Assembly: GCF_009914755.1 (NCBI RefSeq)
Contig: NC_060943.1
Length of the DNA: 64,000 nucleotides
Reading direction: 5' to 3' (one strand)
Source of the DNA: the human T2T-CHM13v2.0 reference genome, Homo sapiens
Shown: positions 40,785-64,000 of the stretch, in pieces
Layout of the letters: the number at the start of each line of letters is the position of its first letter
Position numbering within the stretch: the first letter of the stretch is position 1
Notes under the pieces: generated by a model
The model's database searches: none
What the model was told of the DNA's origin: nothing
The model's input: only the letters and a program-made list of their open reading frames with translations
Made by a program: the position numbers and the translations under genes

Positions 40785-41644
40785 CTAGAACCCACAAGAG
40801 AGAAAGATGGTGATCTGGGAGCCTGGGAAAGTGGCTAGAATCCAGTGGGGGATAAAGAGGTTCAAATCAGAGCTGGGACATCAAAATGTGGCCTAGAACC
40901 TACTAGAGAGTGCAGGGGTGATAACTGGAGCTCACTGGACTCTGAGGACATGTTCAGAACTCTCCGAGAGACAGAAACTTACACCAGGACTTGGAGATGC
41001 TGAGAACATGTCTAGAATCCATCAGAAAGTCCAAATGTAAGACTGAATGTCTAGCGACCCTGAGGATGCAGTCTAGACCCATCAAGAGGAGAGAGTCTTA
41101 GACCAGGGCTTGGAGACACTGAGAATATGTCTAGAACCCACTCATGAAGAACAGAATGAAACCGTAGCCAGAGGATACTGAGCATATAATCTACAACCCA
41201 AGAGTGACACTGTAACACTGAGAACGTGAGTGACAGACCACCAGAAAGAAAGGAGGCCAACTGGAGCCTGAAGTTGCTGAAGCCTGAAGTTACTGAAACC
41301 ATGGCCTAGAAGAGGGTTTGCGTAATGCCCCAGGGTAACTGGGAACATACTATAGAGCCCGCCAGTGAGGCAATGTGACATTGGGAGCCTGGTAGAACTG
41401 GGAACATGGTCTAGAACCCACCAGCAAGACAGGGTAAGATTGTCAGATAGAACTGGGAACCTGGTCTAGAGCCCACCAGGTGGAGAGAGAGGCTTAGACC
41501 TGAACCTGGGCCCTGAGAACATGATCTAGACACCTGGGGCAAGAAGAAGGCTCAACACACAGCTTGGAGTATCCAGATTGTATTCTAGAACCTATAGATG
41601 GGTTTGCAACTAATAAAAACTGATTCTCAACTCCACTGCAATCA

Positions 41645-42010
<366 letters not shown>

Positions 42011-42297
42011 CTAGACTTCCTGGTGTTTGGGTGTCCTGGCTGACATTCGAGGCTCTCAATTACTTGGCTCCTGCCTTACCTCTCTTGTTTCATCAACTCT
42101 CACTTCTCCCTTTGAAATGAATGCTTAATACGCATTTGTTGAATAAATGACGCAACAAACTTTCTCGTGTGGTTTACAATGAGGACCTGCGAAAACTTAG
42201 AGCCGTGCATCCCAGCTCAGCTCAGGGTTATGCATCCCAGCTTGATACCTTAGGACTATCCATCTCAGCTTGGCTTAGGGTCATCCGTCCCAGCTCA

Positions 42298-42540
<243 letters not shown>

Positions 42541-42756
42541 CTATGAGAAAGAGGATCAGATTCTCCGGTCATGTGGGCATTGCTGTCACGTTAGTAAGGA
42601 TCATTCGAGCAGCACTTCCTGAGCATCAGGGATTTCTGTCCTTGGGACACACCTGTCTTAGATTTGTCCATTTTTGAGAATTTCCCAGATATTTTAGCCA
42701 CCATGAGCTGCCTTGTTGCTGCATATCTATTATGTATCTGGAGAAATCCACGTACC

Positions 42757-42969
42757 CCATGGTGTGCTAGTAAACGTTTAACAGCCAGCTCTCCAGTGGG
42801 AGGGTTGAGGGATCCTTGGTTTATAATGATTTACAATTTCTGTGGTGTAAATACTCCCACCAGGGCCAATTTCACGGTGTCAATGCGACATCACTGAACA
42901 AAGTCCTGGGGAGACATTCTCCAAATTGTTACTCATAAACTAGTATGCGCCAGATTCAGTATACCACTG
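42757..42969. mobile_element. MER63-like hAT element
   Basis: CCATGGTGTGCTAGTAAACGTTTAACA...TATACCACTG termini. Confidence 0.55.
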
Positions 42970-43404
42970 TGAACACCTCATCCAGTCATCATCATCATCA
43001 TCATCATCATCTTTATCTTCTTCATCATCATAGCTCACAGTTACTTTGTGTCATTCAGATACCCACACATTTAATCTCATAAAACCTGATGAGCATACTG
43101 AGCCCTGAGAGATGCAGTAATTTTGCAAAGACCACCTAGGAAGTAAGTGGCAGAGTTAGGATCCAAACACAGCCTTCTGGGGATGGGGGAAGACATGATT
43201 TGTACTGTTTTCTCATTTCCGTGATGTAAATACTTCCATCACTGATTTCAACCTACCAATATGGTGTCGTTGAATGTAGAGTTGGGAAGAGCTTTGCAGT
43301 ACCACAGTATTATATAGTATTTTCACTATACAGATCCAACAGACATAAGTAACCCCAAGAGTATAGATTATGGGAGTAAGGCGTTTAGGAAGCAATGAGT
43401 TTGA

Positions 43405-43761
<357 letters not shown>

Positions 43762-44088
43762 TGAGCCACCGTGCCTGGCCTTTTTTTTGAGACGGAGTCT
43801 CGCTCTGGCCCAGGCTGGAGTGCATGGCGCAATCTCGGCTCACTGCAACCTCCGCCTCCCGGGTTCAAGCGATTCTTGTGCCTTAGCCTCCTGTGTAGCT
43901 GGGATTACAGGCGCCCCCCTCCACCATGCCCGGCTAATTTTTGTATTTTTAGTAGAGACGGGGTTTTGCCATGTTGGCCAGGGTGGTTTTGAACTCCTGA
44001 CCTCAGGTGATCTGCCGGCCTTGGCCTCCCAAAGTGCCGGGATTACAGGCTCACTGTGCCTGGCCTAATATTTAGTTTTTAATAATAA

Positions 44089-44280
<192 letters not shown>

Positions 44281-44987
44281 TGAGTAGTTGGGATTACAGC
44301 ACACTCTTGACCCCAGGAGTCTGGTTTCACAGCCTGTGCTATACTCTGCTACAATGTTGCTATGTTGTAGCAGAAACAAATCTCTTTTATTCCTGCCCAT
44401 TTGCCTCTCTGACATCCACTCCTTTTGTAAGAACTTCTTCTCCCTTCCATTCACGTGGCCACAGTGGAAACAGCCATGTCTGCCCCCTGAGACCTACTTC
44501 CTGTCCTTAGCTGATTGGTCCAGATATAGTCATCTGACCCAGGCTGAGCCAATCAGAGTCCTTTCCTGGGAATATGGCGGCCCTAACCTTGATCTGATAT
44601 TTTCTCTAAGGAAGGCAGCCATATTCTGCCTGAACTGAATTATTGGCCAAGAACGGAATGAAGATCACGGGAGAGAGGAGCAAAGCATCCTGGCAGAGTC
44701 CCTGAGGCCACCTTCATCTCTATTTGATGCCTTGGTGCCTGCACATAAATTCCCCATCAATTTTTGTATAATCTGGGTCACATGTGTGTTATATCTGGGA
44801 CAACTCAGAGGCCTAAAAATACAGAGATCGTTATTTATTATCCCCAATTTACAGATGCACATCCTGAGTGAGGCTCAAGGGTGGAAGTGCCCATGAGTCA
44901 GGATTTGAAGTCAGATTTGTCTGACCCCACCTCTCCTCTCTCTCTCTCTCTCTCTCTCTACCTACCTCCCTCCCTCCCTCCCTCCCT

Positions 44988-45034
<47 letters not shown>

Positions 45035-45209
45035 GGTCCCTCTTGGGTGTTAGAGGCAACAGCCCTGTGTTTGTTTTTCTCTTCACTGGCCCCTCCCCTC
45101 CATCTCTTTTCCTAAGGGGGGAGAAGCCACTAGCTGAGGGTGGAATCCTGGGCTTCCCACTTGGAAAGCTAAACGTTAAACAACCCACTCAAAACCCCAC
45201 GATCAGCTA

Positions 45210-45618
<409 letters not shown>

Positions 45619-46119
45619 TCACAAAAAATAAACAAACAAACAAACAACCACAATAAAGCAGACAAAGGCATTCCAGACTCTCAGCGGCCCATCTTTCCAA
45701 GCTTCCCTGCTTCAGAATCAAAACCAGAGGAAAAAGAGACAGTGATGAGCCAACAGTGTTCACCGTTTCCTGTTTGGAGTCACGGATCCCTTTGAAAATC
45801 ACCTGAAAGATCCTCTGGACTAAGGAAATAGTCTTAGCTCTGTATCCCAAGTTTTCTTTAAGGAAGTAGCAAGTACGCAACTGTACTGATCATGTAGCAC
45901 TGATGTAGAAAGCACTTTTGGAAATGGGCTGAAAACCCTCTGAAAATTGTAAGGCAGACAGAAAGAATCCCCACCTTTGATCTCTTTGTGCCTCAGTTTT
46001 CTCATCTGCAAACTGGGGATAATAAGAGTGACTTACCTTTCAGGCTGCTAAAAGGATTATGAGACTTAACATGTGAAACTATTAGAGGGCGGGTCTGTAT
46101 TAGATGAGTTAAGTGCTCA

Positions 46120-46485
<366 letters not shown>

Positions 46486-46628
46486 TTACCCCGCTACCCT
46501 AGGAAGGTCAAACTTCTTAGTATTAATTCATGCAACAATTTGTTCCTTCTGCAAATGTCAATGTACAATGTGCAATGTACAATGGGTACAACGGTCTGAT
46601 CCATTGTAAAACCAGACACAGGCTCTAG

Positions 46629-47009
<381 letters not shown>

Positions 47010-47327
47010 TAAGTGGATGAGTTCTGTGCAAGGGAAAGAGGACATCGCAGCGATAATGAACTGTGGGAGTGTGACCCAGTTGGGGAGGTCAGAAAAAGTG
47101 TCCCTGAGGGAGTCAACTCTCACAGACGGCAGGGATTAGCATACTAGGTGGCAGAAACAGCATGTGCAAAGGCCCTGTAGAACAATAGAGCAAGGCTCCT
47201 ATCAATGGATGGAGCCTGGAAAGAAAAGAAAGGCTGGAAGTCTGGAAGCCTGAAAGGTGAGACTGAGGCAGTGATTCTCCATCTCAAGCACACATTAGCA
47301 TCACCTGGAGGAATGCGGGCACTTTTA

Positions 47328-47777
<450 letters not shown>

Positions 47778-48511
47778 TCACTCTGTTATCAGCCTGGAGT
47801 GCAGTGTCATGATCATGGCTCACTGCAGCCTCGACCTCCTGGGCTCAAGCCATCCTCCTGCCTCGGCCTCCCAAAGCGCTGGGATTACAGGCATGGGCCG
47901 TCGAGCCCAGCCACAGAATGCACATTTTTAGTAAGTCATGGGTGCTGTTGCTGCCGCTGGTCTGAGGATCACACTTCGAGAACCAGTGCTCGAAGGAGTT
48001 TTGTGTTTAAGTGCCACAGGGGGAGCCACGGGACTTTCTAAGAACTGATCCAGCTGGATTTGAAAAAATCACCCCAACTGCTATGTGGTGAGTGTCTGAG
48101 AGCCAACAAAAGTGGGAGGCCACCAGGATGATGACCAGGAGGTGGTTTCTACAAGGTCTCCAAATAAGGAGGGGCGGGGAGAGTGTTGCTTGGACCAGGG
48201 GCTGGCCATAAGGATGGAGAGAAGGAGGTGATTCTTATAACATCATGGGAGAATGCAGGTGTTGATGGATTGAATGTGAGAAAGGGATTCCCAGGCAGGA
48301 CCCCTGCACTTGGTTTAATGAAATTCTTAATAATTTCTGAGCGAGGGGCCGTGTCTCTTCATTTTGCGCTGGGCTTCGCAGGTCTCTGGTTTTTGCAATG
48401 CTGGAGTGACGCCTCTGGCTCATATATCTGCCTGCCCCCACCCCCCAGCCCAATCTTTGCAAAGGGAATTGGGCAGTGGGCACATGGAGGTGGGGCTCTC
48501 TCTCGTGTTCA

Positions 48512-48967
<456 letters not shown>

Positions 48968-49055
48968 CTAAGGGACCACCCCTGGCCAGGGTCCGGGCCC
49001 TGCTGGGGGTTGAGGGTGGGGAGTATGCATGGCCTGAGCTGGCTGTTGGGACTCA

Positions 49056-49229
<174 letters not shown>

Positions 49230-49563
49230 TCAGGGTGGCGGAGGGGTTCTGGGAGGAGGGGACCTTAAAAAGGGAAGGACTCAAAGAGGGTGGGGGATCA
49301 GAACGAGGAGGTGGAAAAGTTCTCAAGAGGACAAGGGATTCAGAGAGGAGAAGGATATTGAGGGTGGGGGGCTTTCAGGGAGGGGAGGGCTCTCAGAGAG
49401 GGGGTGGAGTCTCAGGGAAGAGGCATGGCCTGGAGAGGACGTGGGGCCTCAGATGAGAGTGGCTGGGACAGGAGGTGGCGCCTCACAGAAGGGTGTGGCC
49501 TTGAGAAGATGTGGGGACCCAGGGGATGGGCGTGGCCTTGAAAAGAGGCAGGGTCTCGAGATT

Positions 49564-49940
49564 CTGGCCTGGGAGGAGTCAGGGCCTCAGAGGGCGTGGC
49601 CTTGAGAAGAGGTGGGAGGCCCTCAGGGGATGGGCATGGCCTTGAGGAGAGGCGGGGTCTCATGAAGAGCCTGGCCTGGGAGGAGTCAGGGCCTCAGAGG
49701 GCGTGGCCTTGAGAAGAGGTGGGGGGCCCTCAGGGGATGGGCATGGCCTTGAGGAGAGGCGGGGTCTCATGAAGAGCCTGGCCTGGGAGGAGTCAGGGCC
49801 TCAGAGGGCGTGGCCTTGAGAAGAGGTGGGGGGCCCTCAGGGGATGGGCATGGCCTTGAGGAGAGGCGGGGTCTCATGAAAAGCCTGGCCTGGGAGGAGT
49901 CAGGGCCTCAGAGGGCGTAGCCTTGAGAAGAGGTGGGGCC
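49564..49940. repeat. 107-bp VNTR in C3 intron 24
   Basis: Units start at 49564, 49671, 49778 and 49885, nearly identical. Confidence 0.92.
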
Positions 49941-50016
49941 TCAAATGAGGGGAGTGGCTAGGAGAGAAGGTGGAGCCTCAGGGGAGGGCGTGGTCTTGAG
50001 ATGAGGTGGGATCTTA

Positions 50017-50592
<576 letters not shown>

Positions 50593-50769
50593 CTAAGAGA
50601 ATACCATAGAGTGTCTCACTTAATAGTCAACGAGGCTGGGCGCCGTGGCTGAAGCCTGTAATCTCAGCACTTTGGGAGGCTGGGGTGGGTGGATCACCTG
50701 AGGTCAGGAGTTCAAGACCAGCCTGACCAATATGGTGAAACACCGTCTCTACTAAAAATACAAAAATTA

Positions 50770-51018
<249 letters not shown>

Positions 51019-51074
51019 TTACAGGTTGCAAGTCCCTTTCTTTCTCCAGTCTTCCCTCCTGGGGCAAGAAATGA

Positions 51075-51434
<360 letters not shown>

Positions 51435-51635
51435 TAAGAAGCACAGAAGGTCTAGAAAAATTAAAATAAACTGATGTATCAGCGAAAGCTCTTTGCTGAA
51501 CTAAATGCTATCTGGAGGCTTCTATAAAACCGATCATAGCAAATAATATCTGTATGGTTAAAAAAATTTTTAGGCCGGGCATAATGGCTCATGCCTGTAA
51601 TCCCAGCACTTTGGGAGGCTGAGGCGGGTGGATCA

Positions 51636-51911
<276 letters not shown>

Positions 51912-51943
51912 CTAGCTGAAGGGGAAGAGAAAGGTGCGGGTTA

Positions 51944-52156
<213 letters not shown>

Positions 52157-52196
52157 CTATCCTACCTCACTAAACCCAGGTCATTTACCCGCCTTA

Positions 52197-52304
<108 letters not shown>

Positions 52305-52467
52305 CTACGCAGTGTTAGAGGTGGTGGGAGTCATTGGATGAATAAAAGAACAGACAGACACACAGATGGTCAGCAGGGCACTGTCCTTAGGATCACCCTA
52401 GCATTGCCGGGCGCGGTGGCTCATGCCTGTGATCCTAGCACTTTGGGAGGCCGAGGTGGGTGGATCA

Positions 52468-52800
<333 letters not shown>

Positions 52801-52994
52801 CTAAGCCTGGGGTCATCTCACTCACTTTACCCCAATCCTGGCTCTGCTTCTGAAATCTGGGACTTCCAAATTTCCTAAGCTGGACACTATGATTCTTAGT
52901 GTCTCAGAGCCTGGATCTCCAACCTGAGTCAATAGTACGAAGACCAGGAGCCCTCTCTGAAGGACAAGGGTTTGTGGGTGCCCCAAGCACTCAC

Positions 52995-53207
52995 CACGAC
53001 CTTCAGGGACTTCCTGACACCGTCACTGATGAAATGATGGTAGACGGCAGCCTTGACTTCCACTTCCTGCAGGCCGGTCTTTAGCGGCACGATGACATAT
53101 GGAACGGACAACGAGGACTTGGGGGGGATGGTTACGGTCTGCTGGTGACGCCTCTTGGTGGTGGCCAGGCTGCAGAAGGCTGGATTGTGGAGTAGTTCCA
53201 CCCTCAC
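52995..53207 (-). CDS. C3: C3 exon 21
   Basis: [71 protein letters not shown]; 213 nt. Confidence 0.97.
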
Positions 53208-53254
53208 CTGCCAGGGAGAGAAAGGATCCGGGCAAGTGTGTGTGCAACAGGCTA

Positions 53255-53512
<258 letters not shown>

Positions 53513-53668
53513 TCAGCTCTTAGTCCACTCCGCAGGAGCTCTCCCTAACTCAGCCTGTCTTTGCTGAAGCCTGTGAACTAAACGCTGTCAATGGCGACAA
53601 ATGACAGATGATGATGGTGGTGGCTGGGAGTTACCATTATTTATTATTATTATTATTATTAATAATAA

Positions 53669-54091
<423 letters not shown>

Positions 54092-54403
54092 TGAAATGGG
54101 GTTTGCCTGAGTGAGAAACTGGATTTGTACTTTTATTTGATGTACTTGTATTTAAATGTATTTAATTTAATTCAGACTTAAACTTTAAACCTGATGATCT
54201 AGCTAGGTGCGGTGGCTCATGCCTGTAATCACAGCACTTTGGGAGGCTGAGGCAGGAGGATTGCTTGAGCCCAGGAGTTCAAGGCTGCAGTGAGCTATGA
54301 TCGCACCACTGTGCTCCAGCCTGGGCAACAGAGTGAGATCCTGTCTGTAAAACCAAACCCAATGAAACAAAACAAACAACTGATGCTCATTTTAAATATA
54401 TGA

Positions 54404-54613
<210 letters not shown>

Positions 54614-55539
54614 TAGTAGAGACAGGGTTTCACCATGTTGGCCAGGCTGTTCTCCACCTCCTGACCTCAGGTGATCTGCCTGCCTGGGCCTCCCAAAGTG
54701 CTGGGATTACAGGTGTGAGCCACCGTGCCCGACCTGAGTTGTACATTTTAAAAGGGTGACATATAGTAAGTGAATTAAATCTTAATTTTTTAAAAATGAT
54801 GATTGAGTGGAAAACGTTTAAGTATTTTTGCAACTACTTGAGTATGAGGATCTACCTTTTCTTTCTCTTTTCTTTTCTTTTCTTTTTTTTTTTTTGTAGA
54901 GATGGGGCTTTGCCATGTTGCCCAGGCTGGTCTCAAACTCTGACCTCAAATGATTTGCCGGCCTCAGCCTCTCAAAGTAATGGGATTACAGGCTTGAGCC
55001 TTTGCACCCGGCCTGAGAATCTACCTTTTCAACTGTAAATTTTATGAAACCTAAAATACAGATCAAAGTATTTCCAGTGAAAACCTAGCATCCTGCGCTG
55101 GGCGCGGTGGCTCACGCCTGTAATTCCAGCACTTTGGGAGGCTGAGGAAGGCAGATTGCTTGAGGCCAGGAGTTTGAGACCAGCCTGGCCAACATGGCGA
55201 CACCCTGTCTCTACTAAAAAAAGAAAACTTAGCATCCTGTTTACACCACTGCACTCCATCCTAGGTGACAGAGCAAGCTCCTGTATCAAAAAAAAAAGAA
55301 AGAAAATCTAGTATCCTAAATGAGATGCACTGAATTGTAAAACACATGCTGGATTTTGAAGACTTAGTGCAAACAGAAGTAAAATATATCATCAGTAATT
55401 TTGATATACTAGTAGATTATTATCAAATATTAAAAGGTTATAGTCACATTATTAGTGGGTTGTGGTTTTGCAACTTTTTACAAAATGTTGAAATGATACT
55501 ATTTTGGGTATATTTAAATTAAATAGAATGTTTTGTAAT

Positions 55540-56300
55540 AAGTTATGATATGGTATAATTATAGATATGTAATCAATAATAAATGATACATCATTTATAT
55601 TATATATCTAATAAAATATACATTATATATGTTAACATGTCAACAATAACAAATGACATATTAGTAGTAAATTATAATTATACATTACAACAAAATTAAA
55701 TTATAATAAATTATGGTTTATTATAATGTATTAAATTATAATGAATTATGGTTTATTATAATTCATTAAATTATATTATAATTAAATTTCTTATAAATTA
55801 TAATACATATTATATGTTTACATAATATATTACATGTGTAATATGTATATATGCAATATATATTATATATGTAATATACAATATATAATATATTATATAT
55901 GTAATATGCAACATATAACATATATATGTGATATGCTATATAATATATGTCATATAACATAGTACATGTAATATGTAATATATGATATATTATATATGTA
56001 ATATATGATATATTATATATGTAATATGATATATTATATGTAATATGTAATATATGAGATATGTAATATATTATATATTATATATGTAATATATGATATA
56101 TTATATGTAATATGTGGTATATTATATATGTAATATGTGGTATATAATATATTGCATATGTAATATGTGATATGTAGATATGAAATATATTATGTAATAT
56201 ATAATTATATATTATAATTATAAACATATTACAATTAATAAATATATAAATAAATATTATAATTAAATTTATTATAAATTATAATAAACCATATAAATTA
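55540..56300. repeat. AT-rich low-complexity tandem tract in C3 intron 19
   Basis: ATATTATATATGTAATAT-type units. Confidence 0.9.
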
Positions 56301-56400
56301 TGGCTGGATGACCGAGTGAGACTCCTTCTCAAAAACAAAAGAAAGAAAGAAAAGCATCAATTTTAGAGACTGTACCCCCACCCTGTCTAGCTTTTGACAC

Positions 56401-57398
<998 letters not shown>

Positions 57399-57482
57399 AC
57401 ACCTCTGTGGTAACCACGGCAGAGAATAAAGTGCCAGGAAACATAGGGTTGATTGAGTTTGGATAAAATGAGATGACACTCA

Positions 57483-57656
<174 letters not shown>

Positions 57657-57875
57657 CTAGCAGGGTGGTAGAGGGGAAGAACTGGTGCAGAGGGACCCCA
57701 AGGGACAGGCTGGAAGGGTCTGGGGGTGCCTCCATGTAGGTCACCCAATTCCTGATTTTTCTAGGTTGGGCTGTGGGGTTGCACTGTGATTCCAGAGAAG
57801 ACCAGAGATAGCAGGTGCATGCAAATTAAACGGTCTGACTCTGGGGTGGGTTGTACCGGGGGTACCCCGGCCTTA

Positions 57876-58037
<162 letters not shown>

Positions 58038-58637
58038 TCATGCCTGAAATCCCAGCACTTAGGGAGGCCAAGGCAGGTGGATCACTTGAGGCCAGGAGTT
58101 GGAGACCAGCCTAGCTAACATGGTGAAACCCATCTCTACTAAAAATACAAAAATTAAGGCTGGGCACGGTGGCTCACCCCTGTAATCCCAGCACTTTGGG
58201 AGGCTGAGGTGGGTGGATCGCTTGAGGTCAGGACTTTGAGACCAGCCTGGACAACATGGTGAAACCCCATCTCTACTAAAAACACAAAAATTAGCTGGGT
58301 GTGGTGGCGCGTGCCTGTGATCCCAGCTACTGTGGAGGCTGAGGCAGCAGAATCACTTGAACCCAGGAGGTGGAGGTTGCAGTGAGCTGAGATCACACGA
58401 CTACACTCCAGCCCAGGCGACAGAGACAGACTCCATCTGAAAACAAAAACAAAAAACAAACAAAAAAAGAGCCGACCTACTTCCTCAGCGGTCACACCTT
58501 TAGATCCTACCTCTGCCCAGGAGGGATTCCTAGCAGTGAAATACATCCCGGACATGGAGGACTTCAGGATGAATTTTCACGAGCCCCAGACACATCTGCC
58601 TTGGGAACTTCTTCTCCATAAAAAGAACTAAAAATTA

Positions 58638-59123
<486 letters not shown>

Positions 59124-59572
59124 CTAGGTGAGCTGAGAACATTCCCAGACCTGGTGCAGAACACTGAAGAAGCGGTGGCCTTTAAAAACCACCTAATACA
59201 AAAATTAGCTGGGTGTGATGGCATGCGCCTGTAATCCCAGCTACTCGGGAGGCTGAGGGATGAGAATCTCTTGAATCCAGGAGGCGGAGGTTACAGTGAG
59301 CCGAGACTGCGCAACTGCACTCCAGCCTGGCGACAGAGCGAGACTCCCTCTCAAACAAACAAACAAACAAACAAAAAACAAAGAAAAAAACACAAAAAAA
59401 ATCTCGATAGGCTGGATGTGGTGCTATCATCCCAGCGCTCTGAGAGGCCAAGGTGGGAGGATGGCTTGAGCCCAGGAGTTTGAGACCAGCCTGGGCAACA
59501 CACTGAGACCCTCTCTCTACAAATAATAATTTAAAAATTAGCTGGGCATGCTGGCATGCACCTGTAGTCCTA

Positions 59573-59728
<156 letters not shown>

Positions 59729-60915
59729 CTACCAGCAAGTAAATGAAATTGGACTGGACTAGGCTTTGACTCAAACTGCACTTTCCTCAAACATGATAGA
59801 CAGGCTTTAATTGGGTTCTGGATCTCCATAACAACAAAGTAGCTGGAATCCCTTAAAAAATATATATATTTTAATATTTTTCAGCCAGGCACAGTGGCTC
59901 ATGCCTGTAATCCCAATACTTTGGGAGGCGGAGGCGGGCAGATCCCCGAAGGTTGGGAGTTCGACACCAGCCTGGCCAACACGGTGAAACCTCTTTTCTA
60001 CTAAAAATACAAAAATTAGCTGGGTGTGGTGGCAGGTGCCTGTAATCCCAGCTACTTGGGAGGCTGAGGCAGGAGAATCACTTGAACACGGGAGGCGGAG
60101 GTTGTAGTGAGCCAAGATTGCACCACTGTACTGCAGCCTGTGTGACAGAGCGAGACTCCATCTCAAAAAAACAAATAATAATAATCTCAGCTACTCAGGA
60201 GGCTGAGGCAGGAGAATCGCTTGAACCCATGAGGTGGAGGTTGCGGTGAGCCGAGGTTGTGCCACTGTACTTCAGCCTGGGTGACAGAGCAAGATTCCAT
60301 CTCAAAAAAAAAAAAAAAAGTTTTCGTCCGTACAAAGTCTCACTACGCTGCCCAGACTGCTCTCAAACTCCAGAGCTCAAGCGATCCCGCTGCCTCAGCC
60401 TCCCAAAGTGCTGGGATCACAGGTGTGAGCCACTAAGCCCAGCCCAAAGTAGATGGAATTCCTAAAAGAGATACCTGAATTTACTCACACTCTGGAATAA
60501 TCAATCCAAGTGTCTTGGGATAGTAACATTTAGCCATTCTTTTTCTGACCCCCAATGGGCCAAAGGAATTACACAATTCTGGAGAAAAGTACAGCCCACC
60601 ATCCATGTGGATGTAAACCATATTTCAGTAGACCAGACTTTTTGTCTAATTTTCCCAGTGACCCTCACACTATCGCCTCTTTGTGAAGGAGATCATTCTA
60701 AATTTGCTTGAATTTTTTCTTTTCATTTTCTTTTCTTTTCTCTCTCTTTTTTTTTTTTTCTTTTTTGAGACAGGGTCTTGCTCTGTTGCCCAGGCTGGAG
60801 TGCGGTGGTGTGATTTTGGCTCATTGACGCCTCCATCTCCTGGGTTCAAACGATCCTCCCACCTCAGCCTCCTGAGTAGCTGGGACTACAGGTGTGCACC
60901 CCCACACCCGGCTAA

Positions 60916-61443
<528 letters not shown>

Positions 61444-61964
61444 TAAAGTCTCACCTGATTCAAAAACTGAATGCATGCATGAATGAAGAAGGGCTGCCTG
61501 TTCACTCATCGAGTTTGGCAGGTCTTTCTGGAATGCCACACAAATTAGTTTTCTCTGGTGAAGCCAAACTTGGAACTCACCTTAGCTTTCCCATTGGTAA
61601 TTAGTGTGTGACCAGCCCCATCATCTTTCTAGACTTTTCCCTCAGACCTCCAATGTCCTGGGCACTGGTGATGTCCAATTCAGACTGATGGGCGGGGCTG
61701 GGATGACCTTCCCAGGCAGGAAACTGCTCTGCCTTCAGGCAAGGGCCCTTCTCCCCATCAGACTAGGCCCTTCTCCTCCCTCAGGCCTGGGCCTCCTGGC
61801 TCCTCATCTGAAGGCCTCTGTCCCTTCCAGACAGGAGTGTCCCCTCCCCTCGGACGGGAGCCTCCTCCATCTCAGATGGGCATCTACGCTTCTCTGACTT
61901 GATCCTCCCCTCTTCAGACCTGGGTCTTCTCTACCTCACGCTGGCAGGGCATCACCTCATCGGC

Positions 61965-62983
<1,019 letters not shown>

Positions 62984-63205
62984 CTACTAGGTGTCCTCGG
63001 TTCACCCCTCACGATCGTGTGAGGTGGGGGTGTTCCTGCTCCCATTTGATGGAAGAGCAAACTGAGGCTCAGAGGGGAGGGATTTACTAGGTGGTGGTGG
63101 AGGCGGGGCTTGAACCCAGGCCCCCGGTTTCCAGAGCTCTGCTCCCAGCATCTGGGAGGTGGAGGTGCTGTCTGTCCCTGCACCGGCCCCTGGTGGCGAC
63201 CTCAC

Positions 63206-63774
<569 letters not shown>

Positions 63775-64000
63775 TGAAATGATTCGCCTGTCTTGGCCTC
63801 CCAAAGTGCTTGGCCTCCCAAAGGGATTACAGGAGTGAGCCACCATGCCCGGCCTTCTTTTTCTTTTCTTTCTGTCTTCTTTCTTTCCCTTCCTTCCTCT
63901 CCCTCCCTTCCTCCCTCCATTCCTCCTTTCCTCCTTCCTTTGCTCCCCCTTTCCTTCCCTCCTTCCCTCCTTCCTTCCTTCCTTCTTTCCTTCCTTCATT

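Noticed and set aside
57853-57872. Short GC palindrome near the exon 18 donor
   Set aside because: Too short and imperfect to support a function

Overview
Human (hominoid) genomic DNA from the Alu-dense TNFSF14-C3 locus (chr19p13.3, recognised from the translated proteins). Two protein-coding genes lie on the minus strand. TNFSF14/LIGHT is complete: 4 coding exons, 723 nt, 240 aa, ATG at 25698, stop at 20558. The 3' two-thirds of complement C3 is present as exons 15-41 (63335 to stop 33512); all exon phases join in frame and include the furin RRRR site, C3a, the GCGEQ thioester and C345C. About 3.2 kb downstream of the TNFSF14 stop, in the same orientation, is a deleted HERV-T/HERVS71 provirus (11771-17358). 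It has two 509-bp LTRs, a tRNA-Thr PBS, a pre-gag ORF in a CpG-rich block, a 23-codon gag stub fused through an AluY to the integrase C-terminus, and a decayed env split by two Alus. The provirus sits inside an older Alu, which itself sits inside a Tigger DNA transposon. Best leads: the provirus 5' LTR as a distal poly(A) site for TNFSF14, the retained pre-gag ORF, a STAT/NF-kB-bearing LTR in C3 intron 19, an array of decoy acceptors in the GC-AG intron 29 of C3, and an ancient CAGGTG 12-mer array behind the weak C3 poly(A) signal. I see no evidence of a wholly new gene system; these leads are hypotheses. Repeat subfamily names are from recognition, not from a database search.
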